A stretch of DNA of 64,000 bases from Candidatus Lustribacter sp. (GTDB taxonomy: Bacteria > Vulcanimicrobiota > Vulcanimicrobiia > Vulcanimicrobiales > Vulcanimicrobiaceae): the NCBI GenBank assembly GCA_965277805.1, contig OZ255842.1:3520001-3584000 (forward strand), read 5' to 3'. Numbering within the stretch: position 1 is the first letter of the stretch; each line of letters begins with the position of its first letter. The notes below the pieces were generated by a model, which did no database searches, had not been told where the DNA came from, and saw only the letters and a program-made list of their open reading frames with translations. Both the position numbers and the translations under genes were made by a program. Of this stretch, positions 7,959-18,727 are shown piece after piece.

Positions 7959-8765
7959 ATGAAGACAAAAGTCGGAGCACCGGCCTTCGACGATCCCGTC
8001 AGGCGCTTCGCCGTTGCCGTCCCGAGTGCCATCGTTATTACGGTGTTGTGCTTTGCGCTGGGCCGCTGCCAACCGGCTGAACGCTCGGTCACCGAAAGCG
8101 CGCCGCCCGCTACCGTGGTGCTCGAACGCCGGCCGCCGACCCCGACACCGGCCCCGCCAACCCCCACGCCGCGTCCGCCGACACCGCCGCCCACCTTACC
8201 GCCGGTCCCGCGCGTGACGCTCGCGCCGGTTCCCGAGCGCGCGGCGCCCCGTGCCGTCCATGCCTCGGGCGGCGGACACGCCGCGCCCAAGCCGCATCCG
8301 CAGGTCGTGATGCCGTCGGTGGTCGTCGCGGGGAGCGGTGGCGGCGCCGGGACGGGAACCGGCGATGGTGAGGGCGCAGGCAACGCCGGCGGCAGCGGCA
8401 ACGGCACGGGCGGCACCGGCAGCGGAACGGTCAATGCCGATGCGCCGTGCGGCAGCGTCGATCTGATCCCGGTCCAATCGCCCGATCATGCGGGCGCGCT
8501 CACCTACGAGCACATCCGCGCCACCGTGACGTTTCCGGACGGCCACACGCAGACGGACGAGTTTCCCTATCGCTGGGTCTACGCCAACCCGGCCGACGAT
8601 CCGTGGTCGACGCAAAACATGTCCAATGCGAACTTCATCACGCGTGTCCAGCAGCCGCCGTCCAGCGCCGACGTGAGCCGCTACCCGGAAACCATTCGCT
8701 ACATCCTCAACCACACGCGTTCCGACGGCACGACGATCCTCCAAGAGTGTCCGCAGCAGCATTAG
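7959..8765 (+). CDS. Membrane-anchored Pro/Gly-rich hypothetical protein (TonB-like architecture)
   Basis: One hydrophobic segment, PPTPTP linker, Gly-rich tract, small C-terminal domain. Confidence 0.6.
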   Translation: MKTKVGAPAFDDPVRRFAVAVPSAIVITVLCFALGRCQPAERSVTESAPPATVVLERRPPTPTPAPPTPTPRPPTPPPTLPPVPRVTLAPVPERAAPRAVHASGGGHAAPKPHPQVVMPSVVVAGSGGGAGTGTGDGEGAGNAGGSGNGTGGTGSGTVNADAPCGSVDLIPVQSPDHAGALTYEHIRATVTFPDGHTQTDEFPYRWVYANPADDPWSTQNMSNANFITRVQQPPSSADVSRYPETIRYILNHTRSDGTTILQECPQQH

Positions 8766-9946
8766 CGCTGCGCTAACGCTTCGAGCCGCGCGTAGAACGC
8801 GTCGATCGCGCTGCCATGTGCCGCCAGCGCGCGCTGCGCTCCGGCCACGCGATCCTCACGCTCGCCCGCGCTCGTTTCGAGTGCGTTGCGGATGGCGCCG
8901 AGCCAATCGTCGTCATCCGAAATGAACAGCGTCGCAGCGACGTCCGGCGGAAGACCCGTGACGCCGGCCGTCGTCGAAAGAACCGGAACGCCGGCGCCGA
9001 TGTAGTCGAGCATCTTCATATTGACGCCGCCGGTAAACCGCACCGGATTCACGGCCAGATCGGCCAGTGCCAAGAGCGCGGCGAGTTCATCGCCGGTAAC
9101 GATCCCGAGCACGCGCATGTTTTTCGGCCGGCTGCGACGATCGAGTTCACCCGCAACGTTGCCGGCTACGACGAACTCCATGTCCGGCGCGCGCACGGCA
9201 ACGCCGGCGAGTTCGCGTGCGGCAAGAACATTCGGCCAGTGCGAGCTCCCGACAAACAAGACGACCGGCCGGTCGCCGAAGCGTGAACGGCGGCGCGTGG
9301 TTCGCGCGTCAATCGACGGCGGCGCAAACTTGGCCGGGTCCCCAAACGGTGGAACGACGATCACATCGCGCAGACCGGGGTAGCGAGCGGTGAGCGCTCG
9401 CGCAACGTCATTGGAAATGGCAAACGTGAGTTGCGCGCGGCGCACGGCGCGCGTCTCGAGCGCGGCGACCTGCTGCAATAACGCGGCACCGCGCTCGTTA
9501 CTCGGCAAATGCGCCTCCATTAGCCGCACTTCGTCGTCCATCGCCTCGTATACAAGCGGCCCGTTCCACGCGTGTTCGATCGCAGATATGAGATATGGCC
9601 GGGAAGCAATCATAATATCGGCGTCGGCCGCGTTTGCGCGCAGCCGCTCGACATAGCCCGGCGTGAGGCGCGGCGTCTCGTCAGCTAACACGTCGTCGAC
9701 AACGACGCCCAGTGATTTTGATACGCTACCGTACGAACGTTGCTGCGCTTTGCTCGTGGCGAAGCGTTCTTCGACAATACCGGCGTACGGTCGACTTTTC
9801 TTGCTCGGGGTGTTGTAAGGCGTGAGCGCAACGATTACGATCTCAGCACCCGTGTCGGCAAGCGCACAATAAACATCTGCCATTCGCCGTTGACCGCCGC
9901 TCGTTGCTGGGAACACTGCAAACGTCGTGGCAACCACGATCCGCAT
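8762..9946 (-). CDS. Glycosyltransferase (GT4-like)
   Basis: LFVGSSHWPN, ADLAVNPVRFTGGVNMKMLDY. Confidence 0.85.
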   Translation of the reverse strand: MRIVVATTFAVFPATSGGQRRMADVYCALADTGAEIVIVALTPYNTPSKKSRPYAGIVEERFATSKAQQRSYGSVSKSLGVVVDDVLADETPRLTPGYVERLRANAADADIMIASRPYLISAIEHAWNGPLVYEAMDDEVRLMEAHLPSNERGAALLQQVAALETRAVRRAQLTFAISNDVARALTARYPGLRDVIVVPPFGDPAKFAPPSIDARTTRRRSRFGDRPVVLFVGSSHWPNVLAARELAGVAVRAPDMEFVVAGNVAGELDRRSRPKNMRVLGIVTGDELAALLALADLAVNPVRFTGGVNMKMLDYIGAGVPVLSTTAGVTGLPPDVAATLFISDDDDWLGAIRNALETSAGEREDRVAGAQRALAAHGSAIDAFYARLEALAQR

Positions 9947-9996
9947 CCGACTCGATTACCGCAGCGAATCGGCGCACCCTTTGGAGAAAATATCCG

Positions 9997-11025
9997 TTGA
10001 TCCGCGTTGGCATTGACGCGTGGAATCTACCGAACGATCTTCGTGGCATCGGCCGCTACGTTCGCGAAATGGTAAAGTGCTTGCGCAGCGAGCACGGCAG
10101 CGAAGTCGCGTGCACGCTCGTCATTCCGGAATGGCCACCGACGCTCGCAAGCAGGCGCTATCTGCGCGCAATCGGCGACGCAACGCTGCCGGTAGTGTCA
10201 CGTCGTGTCGCGCGGCAACGCCGTTTCGACTTGCTTTGGTTTCCGTTCAACGGACCCAGCTGGGACGATTTTCGCGGACCGTCGGTGGCGACGCTGCACG
10301 ACGCGCTCACATTTGCGCTGCCGGGTTTTTCCGACGAAGCGCGCGCTCCGTTCCGGCGCGCTGCCGAGCGCTGCGAACACATCGTCACGGACTCGGAGTT
10401 TTCGCGCACCGAACTGTTGCGCGTTTTGCCGCTGGAGCCCGAACGCATCAGCGTCGTCCTGCCGGGTGTCGCACCGCTGCCGGTGGGCACCCCGGCGATC
10501 GACATCGCTTCGCTGGGCTCGTATTTGCTCTTCGTCGGCGAAACCGATTCGCGCAAGGGCGTCGACCGGTTCATCGCTGCAGCGGAGTTGCTGCGGGCGC
10601 GGGGGATCGACGTCACCTGCGTGATTGCGGGCCGGGTCGTCGGCTCGTTGCCCGCGCCGGACGGCGTGAACGTGCGCGCGCTCGGATTTGTCGACGACGT
10701 CACCTTGCAGGCGCTCTACCGCGGCTGCAGCGCGTTCGTGTATCCGTCGCGCTACGAGGGCTTCGGGCTGCCGATCCTCGAGGCGCTGCTCGCCGGGGCT
10801 CCTGTCGTCGCGAGCGCGGGCTCGTCGCTCATCGAGGCGGGCGGGGATGCGGCACTCTACGCGCCGGCCGATGACACGGCCGCCTTCGCCGAGGCCGTGC
10901 AACGCATTTTCAGCGATGCGGCGCTCGCCGAGGCTCTGCGCCGGCGCGGCATCGAACGCGCCCGGACGATGAGCTGGTCACGGTCAGCCGGAGCGCTGGT
11001 CGACGTCTTCCGGAAAGTCGCCTAG
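9997..11025 (+). CDS. Glycosyltransferase family 4
   Basis: RGIGRYVRE, FVYPSRYEGFGLPILEA. Confidence 0.9.
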   Translation: MIRVGIDAWNLPNDLRGIGRYVREMVKCLRSEHGSEVACTLVIPEWPPTLASRRYLRAIGDATLPVVSRRVARQRRFDLLWFPFNGPSWDDFRGPSVATLHDALTFALPGFSDEARAPFRRAAERCEHIVTDSEFSRTELLRVLPLEPERISVVLPGVAPLPVGTPAIDIASLGSYLLFVGETDSRKGVDRFIAAAELLRARGIDVTCVIAGRVVGSLPAPDGVNVRALGFVDDVTLQALYRGCSAFVYPSRYEGFGLPILEALLAGAPVVASAGSSLIEAGGDAALYAPADDTAAFAEAVQRIFSDAALAEALRRRGIERARTMSWSRSAGALVDVFRKVA

Positions 11026-11076
11026 GCAACCGGCCGCACAAGGAGGTCGCGCCCGCAACGAAAAGGACGTTCGAGC

Positions 11077-12307
<1,231 letters not shown>

Positions 12308-12324
12308 GGGGTAGTTCGAACAAT

Positions 12325-13281
12325 ATGAAGGTCGTAGTGGCTGGCCAAGGTGCTTTTGGTCAGAAGCATCTCGATGGGATCGCGCGCATCGACGGCGTGG
12401 AAGTCGCCTCGCTCGTCGGCGGCAATCAGGAATCGACGAAGGCCGTAGCGGCGAAGTACGGCATCCCGCACTACACGGGCGATCTCGCCGAAGCGCTCGC
12501 GCAGCCCGGTGTCGAGGCCGCGATCCTCGCGACGCCGACGCAGATGCACGCGAAGCAGGGCGAACAAGTGATGCGCGCCGGCAAACACGTCGAGATCGAA
12601 ATTCCGGTCTCGGACACGCTGGCCGAAGCCGAACGTCTCGTGGCCGTCCAAAAGGAAACCGGCATGATCGGCATGGGCGGTCACACGCGCCGTTTCAACC
12701 CAAGCCATCAATACATCCACAACAAGATCAAGGCGGGCGAACTCACGGTACTGCAGATGGACGTGCAAACGTACTTCTTCCGCCGTACCAACATGAACGC
12801 CGCCGGCCAGCCGCGCAGTTGGACCGACCATCTTCTCTGGCACCATGCCTGTCACACGGTCGATCTCTTCCAGTACCAAACCGGCGGAACCGCAACCGTC
12901 GCGCATGCCGTCGAAGGCCCGATGGATCCGAACCTCAAGATCGCGATGGATATGGGCATCTTGATGAAGGTGCCGAGCGGCGCGATCTGCACGCTCTCGC
13001 TCTCGTTCAACAATGACGGCCCGTTCGGAACGTTTTTCCGCTACATCTGCGACAACGGCACGTACCTCGCCTATTACGACGATCTCAGCGACGGCAAGGG
13101 CAATAAGATCGATCTGACCGGCGTGGCCGTCTCGTTCGACGGCATCGAACTGCAAGACCGCGAGTTCTTCTCGGCGATCAAAGAAAAACGCGAACCCAAC
13201 GCCAGCTTCGCCCAAATCCTACCCGCCATGCAAACCCTCGACAAACTCGATAAAGACATGGGCGGCTCACCCCGCGCCTAA
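12325..13281 (+). CDS. ligC: 4-carboxy-2-hydroxymuconate-6-semialdehyde dehydrogenase (Gfo/Idh/MocA family)
   Basis: GHTRRFNPSHQ, RSWTDHLLWHHACHTVDLF; follows ligAB. Confidence 0.88.
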   Translation: MKVVVAGQGAFGQKHLDGIARIDGVEVASLVGGNQESTKAVAAKYGIPHYTGDLAEALAQPGVEAAILATPTQMHAKQGEQVMRAGKHVEIEIPVSDTLAEAERLVAVQKETGMIGMGGHTRRFNPSHQYIHNKIKAGELTVLQMDVQTYFFRRTNMNAAGQPRSWTDHLLWHHACHTVDLFQYQTGGTATVAHAVEGPMDPNLKIAMDMGILMKVPSGAICTLSLSFNNDGPFGTFFRYICDNGTYLAYYDDLSDGKGNKIDLTGVAVSFDGIELQDREFFSAIKEKREPNASFAQILPAMQTLDKLDKDMGGSPRA

Positions 13282-13283
13282 TC

Positions 13284-13955
13284 GTGCCTGACACGCCCTA
13301 CGGCATGCCGCCATACGTGATCGAACGCGTGATGGCGAAGCGCGGGCGATTGGCGGTCTTCGAGCGGTTTGACCCGCTCAAGACCGCGCTGCTGTGCATC
13401 GACATGCAGTATTTCTACGTCGGTGAGATCCCCTCGGTGCTCGCGATCATTCCGAACATCAACCGCATCGCGAAACGGCTCCGCGAACTCGGCGGCTTGA
13501 TCGTTTGGGTCGGGATGAGCGCCGGCGAAAACGGCGAGAGCCGCTGGCACGTCTATCACGACAACTTCTTCACCCCCGAACGGGGCGCCAATCACCGCGA
13601 CGGCCTCTCGCCCGGTCACCCCGCGCACGCGTTTCACGCCGATCTCGACATCCAACCGTCGGATGAGATCGTCTATAAATCGCGTTTCAGCCCGTTCATC
13701 GCGGGCGCATCGAACATTCAGGACGTCCTGCAGCCGCACGGAATCGAGAACCTCATCGTCGTTGGAACCGCCACGAATATGTGCTGCGAATCGGCGGCGC
13801 GCGACGCGATGATGCTCGATTACAAAGTCGTGATGGTCGCGGATGCCAACGGCGCGCGCTATGACGACGACCACCTGGCCGGATTGACGAGTTTCTATCA
13901 GAGTTTCGGTGACGTGCGCACGACCGCAGAGGTCACCGATTCGCTGCTAGCCTGA
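13284..13955 (+). CDS. Isochorismatase-family cysteine hydrolase
   Basis: ALLCIDMQ, KSRFSPF, GTATNMCCES. Confidence 0.85.
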   Translation: MPDTPYGMPPYVIERVMAKRGRLAVFERFDPLKTALLCIDMQYFYVGEIPSVLAIIPNINRIAKRLRELGGLIVWVGMSAGENGESRWHVYHDNFFTPERGANHRDGLSPGHPAHAFHADLDIQPSDEIVYKSRFSPFIAGASNIQDVLQPHGIENLIVVGTATNMCCESAARDAMMLDYKVVMVADANGARYDDDHLAGLTSFYQSFGDVRTTAEVTDSLLA

Positions 13956-13956
13956 G

Positions 13957-14544
13957 CTACGGCGCCGGCCGGTTCGTAACTACGTTCCACTGCAGTTTGG
14001 TGAGCGTGTCGCTCGTCAGCGGCTTGGTCGTATCGACCTTTGCCTGCTCGTAGGCAACTTGGGCGTAGTTGATATCGAAGGTGTCAACGAGCTTGCCCTT
14101 CGAGTTTGCGGTGATTTGCGACGATGTGATGTAGACATTTTTCATGATGAACAGCTGGTAGGGCACGACCTTGCCGCTGACGTTCTTGCCGATGACGAGC
14201 ACCAGTTCCGGAAGGTGCTTATCGCTGATGGCATCTTGCGTCAGTACGTTGGCGGCCTCGGAATCCGCTCCGGTGACGGTCATGGACTCCATCGTCGCTT
14301 TGCCGGCGCCCGCGCCGGTGGATTGGCTGCCGATATTTTCCGGATGACCGACGCCGATTGAGAAACTCGTGACTTTGTACATATCCGCCGGTTTTTGCGT
14401 AATCTCGCCCTTGGGCTCGGAACCCTCGATTTGACCGGGCGGAATTTTGAGATAGTACACGTCCGCGAACGCCGGCGCGGCGATTGCCGTTACGGCGAAG
14501 ACGGAGAGGGCGCCGGCGATTCGCGCAAACAAGGATGATTTCAT
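13957..14544 (-). CDS. Hcp (T6SS tube)-like protein with N-terminal signal peptide; orphan
   Basis: VTSFSIGV..IGSQSTGAGAGKAT, KNVYITSSQ, INYAQV, WNVVTN; signal ..AVTAIAAPAFA. Confidence 0.75.
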   Translation of the reverse strand: MKSSLFARIAGALSVFAVTAIAAPAFADVYYLKIPPGQIEGSEPKGEITQKPADMYKVTSFSIGVGHPENIGSQSTGAGAGKATMESMTVTGADSEAANVLTQDAISDKHLPELVLVIGKNVSGKVVPYQLFIMKNVYITSSQITANSKGKLVDTFDINYAQVAYEQAKVDTTKPLTSDTLTKLQWNVVTNRPAP

Positions 14545-14649
14545 AAAGGACTCCCATCAGAAGAACCAGGTGGCCGGTTGCGTCTTTGGCGCGGTGGGAA
14601 CCGTCCCATGGCAAGCGAGCCATTGCCCGCTGGGACGGCACGATTCGGA

Positions 14650-14683
14650 ATGCCACCCAGGTGGCACTAGCGGGCGCGATACT
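14650..14683 (+). promoter_or_regulatory. Palindromic operator/promoter ATGCCA-N6-TGGCAC-N10-GATACT, 7 nt before the exonuclease ATG
   Basis: Same architecture as the sites before ssb and the HNH gene. Confidence 0.7.
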
Positions 14684-14690
14684 GCGGCCT

Positions 14691-15284
14691 ATGTCCGCTT
14701 TGCCGATCCGGGCGGGTCGCTTCGCCTTCGTCGACGTCGAAACGACCGGTTTCGACCCGAGCAAGTGCGCGGTCGTCGAGGTGGCATGCCAAATCGTCGA
14801 GGCGGGTGAGATCGTCGCGACGTTCGAGTCGCTGGTCAACCCGCTGCGTGGCATCCCCTCGTTCGTGCAGGCGATCCACGGCATCCACGACGGCATGGTG
14901 TGGGGGCAGCCGCACATGCGCGAGCTCGTCCCCACCCTGCGCCGGCTCTGCCGCGGCGCCGTGATCGTGGCGCACAACGCCGATTTCGACCGCCGCTTTC
15001 TGCCGTTCTTGGCCGCGCAGCCCTCGGCGTGCTCGTGGCGGCTCGCCTCGCTCGTGGTGCCTGAAGCGCCGAATCACAAGAATCAGACGCTCGGCAACTT
15101 TTTCGGCGTGGACGATCCGCAGTTGGACGGCCGCCGGCCGCACCGCGCGCTCGCCGACGTGATCGTCACGCGGCACGTGTTCTTCCACTGCATCGAACGC
15201 TACGTCGCGGCAGGCAACGGCGATAACCTCGAAGCGCTGTTCGACTTTCTGCAGCCGAAGTATCTGCGCGACCAACCGGCGTAA
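14691..15284 (+). CDS. DEDDh 3'-5' exonuclease (DnaQ-like)
   Basis: FVDVETTG, VAHNADFD, HRALAD. Confidence 0.9.
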   Translation: MSALPIRAGRFAFVDVETTGFDPSKCAVVEVACQIVEAGEIVATFESLVNPLRGIPSFVQAIHGIHDGMVWGQPHMRELVPTLRRLCRGAVIVAHNADFDRRFLPFLAAQPSACSWRLASLVVPEAPNHKNQTLGNFFGVDDPQLDGRRPHRALADVIVTRHVFFHCIERYVAAGNGDNLEALFDFLQPKYLRDQPA

Positions 15285-15293
15285 ACTCTCATC

Positions 15294-18200
15294 GTGCAGC
15301 GGGTTGAAGGCGGGTTCATCTATTCGGCGTCGGATCTCAACAACGATCTGGAGTGCCGCCGCTTAACCTGGCTCGAGAACCAACTCGCGTCGGGGCTGTG
15401 GGTGCGGCCGGAAACGGGTGCGGCCGTCGAGCTCATCGCCGGCAAAGGCGACGCGCACGAAGCGCGCTACTTCGACGATCTGCGGCGGCTGCACGGCGAC
15501 GCGATGATCGTGTTCGAAACGCGGCTCAAGGATTACACGCTCGCGGAGATGGCGGCGGCGGAAGCGGAGACGCTCGCCGCAATGGCCAGCGGCGCGCCCG
15601 TGATCTATCAAGCGACGTTCTTCGACGGCACGTTTCTCGGCCGCACCGACTTTCTGCGGCGCGTCGAGACGCCGAGCGAACGCTGGGCGTGGAGCTACGA
15701 GGTCATCGACACCAAACTCGCGCTGCACGCCAAAGCGCACTTTCTCTTGCAGTTATGCAACTACAGCGAACACGTCGCGCGGCTGCAAGGCACGATGCCG
15801 GCCTACGGCTATCTCGTGCTCGGTTCGGGCGCGGAAGCACGCTTCCGCATCGATGACTACCTCGCATACTACCGCCACCAGAAGCGCAGTTTTCTTGCGC
15901 GCGCGGCGCAGCCGGTGGAAGCGTATCCGGCGGAGATCGGCCACTGCACCGTCTGCCGCTGGGCCGATTCGTGCAACGCGCAGCGCGAAGCCGATGACTA
16001 CCTCGGTATCGTTGCCTTGATGCGCCAGAGCCAGATCGATAAGCTCAGCGCGAACGGCATCACGACGATCGGCGCGCTCGGCGCCGCGGACGACGAGCAG
16101 CGCCCGTTCGGCATGATCGAAACGACGTTCAACACGCTGCGCGCGCAAGCGCGGCTCCAGCACATTCAGCGCACCGAAGATCGCCTGCTGCACGAACTGC
16201 TCGAACACGAGGAGCGCCGCGGCTTCTCGCTCTTGCCGCCGCCGGCCGAGGGCGACGTCTACTTCGATATGGAAGGCGATCCGCTCTACACGCCCGAGCG
16301 CGGGCTCGAATACCTCTTCGGCGTGCACCTCGGCGCGAGCGATGAGTACCGGGCGTTCTGGGCACGCGATTTGAGCGCAGAGCGCGCGGCGTTCGAGCAG
16401 TTCATCGACTTCATCGTCGAGCGGCGGCAGCGCTATCCCGACATGCACGTCTATCACTACGCGCCGTACGAAACGACCGCGCTGCGGCGGCTGATGGGCG
16501 TCTACGGCACGCGCGAGGCGGAACTCGACACGCTGCTGCGCGGCCAGGTCTTCGTCGACCTGTATGCGGTCGTGCGCCAGTCGGTGCGCATCTCGCAGCC
16601 GAGCTACTCGATCAAGAAGCTCGAACCGTTCTACGGCATGGTGCGCAACACCGACGTCAAGCGCGGCGACGATTCGATCGTGCAGTTCGAGACCTGGCTC
16701 GCCAACGGCGACGAGGAGATTCTCCAGGACATCGAGCGTTACAACGAAGACGACTGCCGCTCGACGTGGCTCTTGCATCGCTGGCTCCTCGAGCGGCGCG
16801 CAGAACTCGAGCGCACGCTCGACGCGGAAGTGCCGTGGCGTGAGCCGCCTACGCCGCCGAAACCGGATGAACCGGCGCCCGGCGACGAGCTTGCTGCCCG
16901 GCTGCTGGCCGATCTGCCGGAGCTGCGCACCAATGCCGACTTGCGCGCGGCGGACGAAAGCGCTCGCGCGCGCTGGCTGCTCGGCCATCTCTTGCAGTAT
17001 CACCGCCGCGAAGCGAAGCCCGGCTGGTGGAAGATTCACGATCGTCACGAGAATGCCGATCGCTTGATGGAATTCGATCATGAAGCGATCGGCGAGCTTT
17101 CATGGTGCGCCGACGTCAAGCCGTACAAGGCCAAGGCGAACGATCGGAACCTCGTCCACACCTACACATTTCCGGATCAGCTGTACAATCTCGGCCGTGG
17201 CAGCGTCTTCTGCCCCTACACCAAACAAGGTGCCGGCGAGCTGATCAAGATCGACGACGACGCGAACCGTCTCGAGATCAAGCTGTCCAGCAAGATCGCG
17301 CCGCTCGAGCTGATCGCCCTGATCCCGGGACCGCCGATCCGCACGCACGTGCTCGAAGATGCCTTGCACCGCATCGCATCCGCGTACGAAAATGGGACGA
17401 TCGGCGAACGCTTCCCCGCAGCATTGGACATTCTGCTGCGCCGGACGCCGCGCTTGACGAACATCACCCCCGGCGCGCCGTTGCAGCCGCCCGAGATCAC
17501 GGGCGATGCGGTCGCCGCGCTCGTCGGCGCGCTCGACGGCAGCTATCTGTTCGTGCAAGGACCGCCCGGCAGCGGCAAGAGCACGACCGGCGGCGATGCG
17601 ATCGCGGCACTGCTCGGTGCGGGCAAGCGCGTCGGAATCGTTTCGCGCGGCTATGCCGCGATCGGCAACCTGCTCGACAAAGTCGAAGAGTCGGCCGTCA
17701 AACGCGGCGTCACGTTTGTGGGCGTGCACAAACACTCGGGCGACGAGCACGCGTACAAATCGGATTTGCCAGAACCGATGATCGTGAGCACCGGCGACAA
17801 CAACGCCTTCGTCAGTCAGGAGCACCAGCTCGCCGCCGGCACGCCCTGGCTCTTCGCACGCGAAGAACTCACCGGCAAATACGACGTGCTGTTCATCGAT
17901 GAGGCCGGACAGCTTTCGCTCGCCGACGCGCTCGCCTGCGCCGGCGCGGCGCGCAACGTCGTGCTGCTCGGCGATCCGCTCCAGCTCGCGCAAGTTTCGC
18001 AAGGCTCGCACCCGCTCGGCAGCGGACCGTCCGTGCTCGAGCATTTGCTCGGCGAGGATCATACCGTGCCGCCCGAACGCGGCGTGTTCCTCAACATCTC
18101 CTACCGCATGCATCCGGAGATCTGTGCGTTTATCTCGCGCACCGTCTACGACGGACGCCTGCGTTCGGCCGCCGTCACCGCGAACAACCGCGTTATCTCG

Positions 18201-18695
18201 CCCAGGCTGCACGGCGCGGGACTGCGCTATCTGCCGGTTGAGCACCGCGGCAACAGCCGCGAGTCGCCCGAAGAGGCCGAGCTGATCGCGACCGAAATCG
18301 ACGCACTCCTGAGCGGCAGCGTGGTGGCCGGTGCGAAACCCGAGCGGCCGATGACCGTCGAAGACATCCTGGTCGTCACGCCGTACAACGCGCAGCGCCA
18401 GCGCATTTCGCGCGCGCTCGCGGCGCGTGGTCACGCCGGCGTGCGCGTCGGGACGGTCGACAAGTTTCAGGGCCAGGAAGCGCCCGTCGTCTTTTATTCT
18501 ATGGCGACATCGAGCGGCGAGGACATGCCGCGCGACATGAGCTTTCTCTTCGAGAAGAACCGCTTCAACGTCGCGATCTCGCGCGCGCAATGTCTGTCGG
18601 TGCTGGTTTGCTCGCCGCAGCTGCTCGAAGTCCGTTGCCGGACGCCCTACGAGATGATGCTGGCCAGCCTGCTCTGCGCTTTCGTCCAATCCTAG
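15294..18695 (+). CDS. TM0106-family RecB-like nuclease with RNase H-like domain and SF1 (Dna2/Upf1-like) helicase
   Basis: GRTDFL..VIDTK, CxxCxxxxxC, YFDMEGDP, QGPPGSGKS, IDEAGQ, GDPLQL, TVDKFQGQE. Confidence 0.9.
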   Translation: MQRVEGGFIYSASDLNNDLECRRLTWLENQLASGLWVRPETGAAVELIAGKGDAHEARYFDDLRRLHGDAMIVFETRLKDYTLAEMAAAEAETLAAMASGAPVIYQATFFDGTFLGRTDFLRRVETPSERWAWSYEVIDTKLALHAKAHFLLQLCNYSEHVARLQGTMPAYGYLVLGSGAEARFRIDDYLAYYRHQKRSFLARAAQPVEAYPAEIGHCTVCRWADSCNAQREADDYLGIVALMRQSQIDKLSANGITTIGALGAADDEQRPFGMIETTFNTLRAQARLQHIQRTEDRLLHELLEHEERRGFSLLPPPAEGDVYFDMEGDPLYTPERGLEYLFGVHLGASDEYRAFWARDLSAERAAFEQFIDFIVERRQRYPDMHVYHYAPYETTALRRLMGVYGTREAELDTLLRGQVFVDLYAVVRQSVRISQPSYSIKKLEPFYGMVRNTDVKRGDDSIVQFETWLANGDEEILQDIERYNEDDCRSTWLLHRWLLERRAELERTLDAEVPWREPPTPPKPDEPAPGDELAARLLADLPELRTNADLRAADESARARWLLGHLLQYHRREAKPGWWKIHDRHENADRLMEFDHEAIGELSWCADVKPYKAKANDRNLVHTYTFPDQLYNLGRGSVFCPYTKQGAGELIKIDDDANRLEIKLSSKIAPLELIALIPGPPIRTHVLEDALHRIASAYENGTIGERFPAALDILLRRTPRLTNITPGAPLQPPEITGDAVAALVGALDGSYLFVQGPPGSGKSTTGGDAIAALLGAGKRVGIVSRGYAAIGNLLDKVEESAVKRGVTFVGVHKHSGDEHAYKSDLPEPMIVSTGDNNAFVSQEHQLAAGTPWLFAREELTGKYDVLFIDEAGQLSLADALACAGAARNVVLLGDPLQLAQVSQGSHPLGSGPSVLEHLLGEDHTVPPERGVFLNISYRMHPEICAFISRTVYDGRLRSAAVTANNRVISPRLHGAGLRYLPVEHRGNSRESPEEAELIATEIDALLSGSVVAGAKPERPMTVEDILVVTPYNAQRQRISRALAARGHAGVRVGTVDKFQGQEAPVVFYSMATSSGEDMPRDMSFLFEKNRFNVAISRAQCLSVLVCSPQLLEVRCRTPYEMMLASLLCAFVQS

Positions 18696-18727
18696 GACCC
18701 CGAAACGAGGGCGCCAAAGACCAAGCG

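Noticed and set aside
13957-14544. Type VI secretion locus
   Set aside because: No sheath, baseplate, VgrG or ClpV genes nearby.
14545-14640. c-di-GMP-I riboswitch upstream of the Hcp-like gene
   Set aside because: Only partial resemblance (GGGCAA...GGGACG); the GAAA loop and GCAAA motif are missing.
15294-18695. Cas4/CRISPR-associated gene
   Set aside because: The Cas4-like nuclease motif is part of a TM0106 multidomain protein; no array or cas operon in the window.
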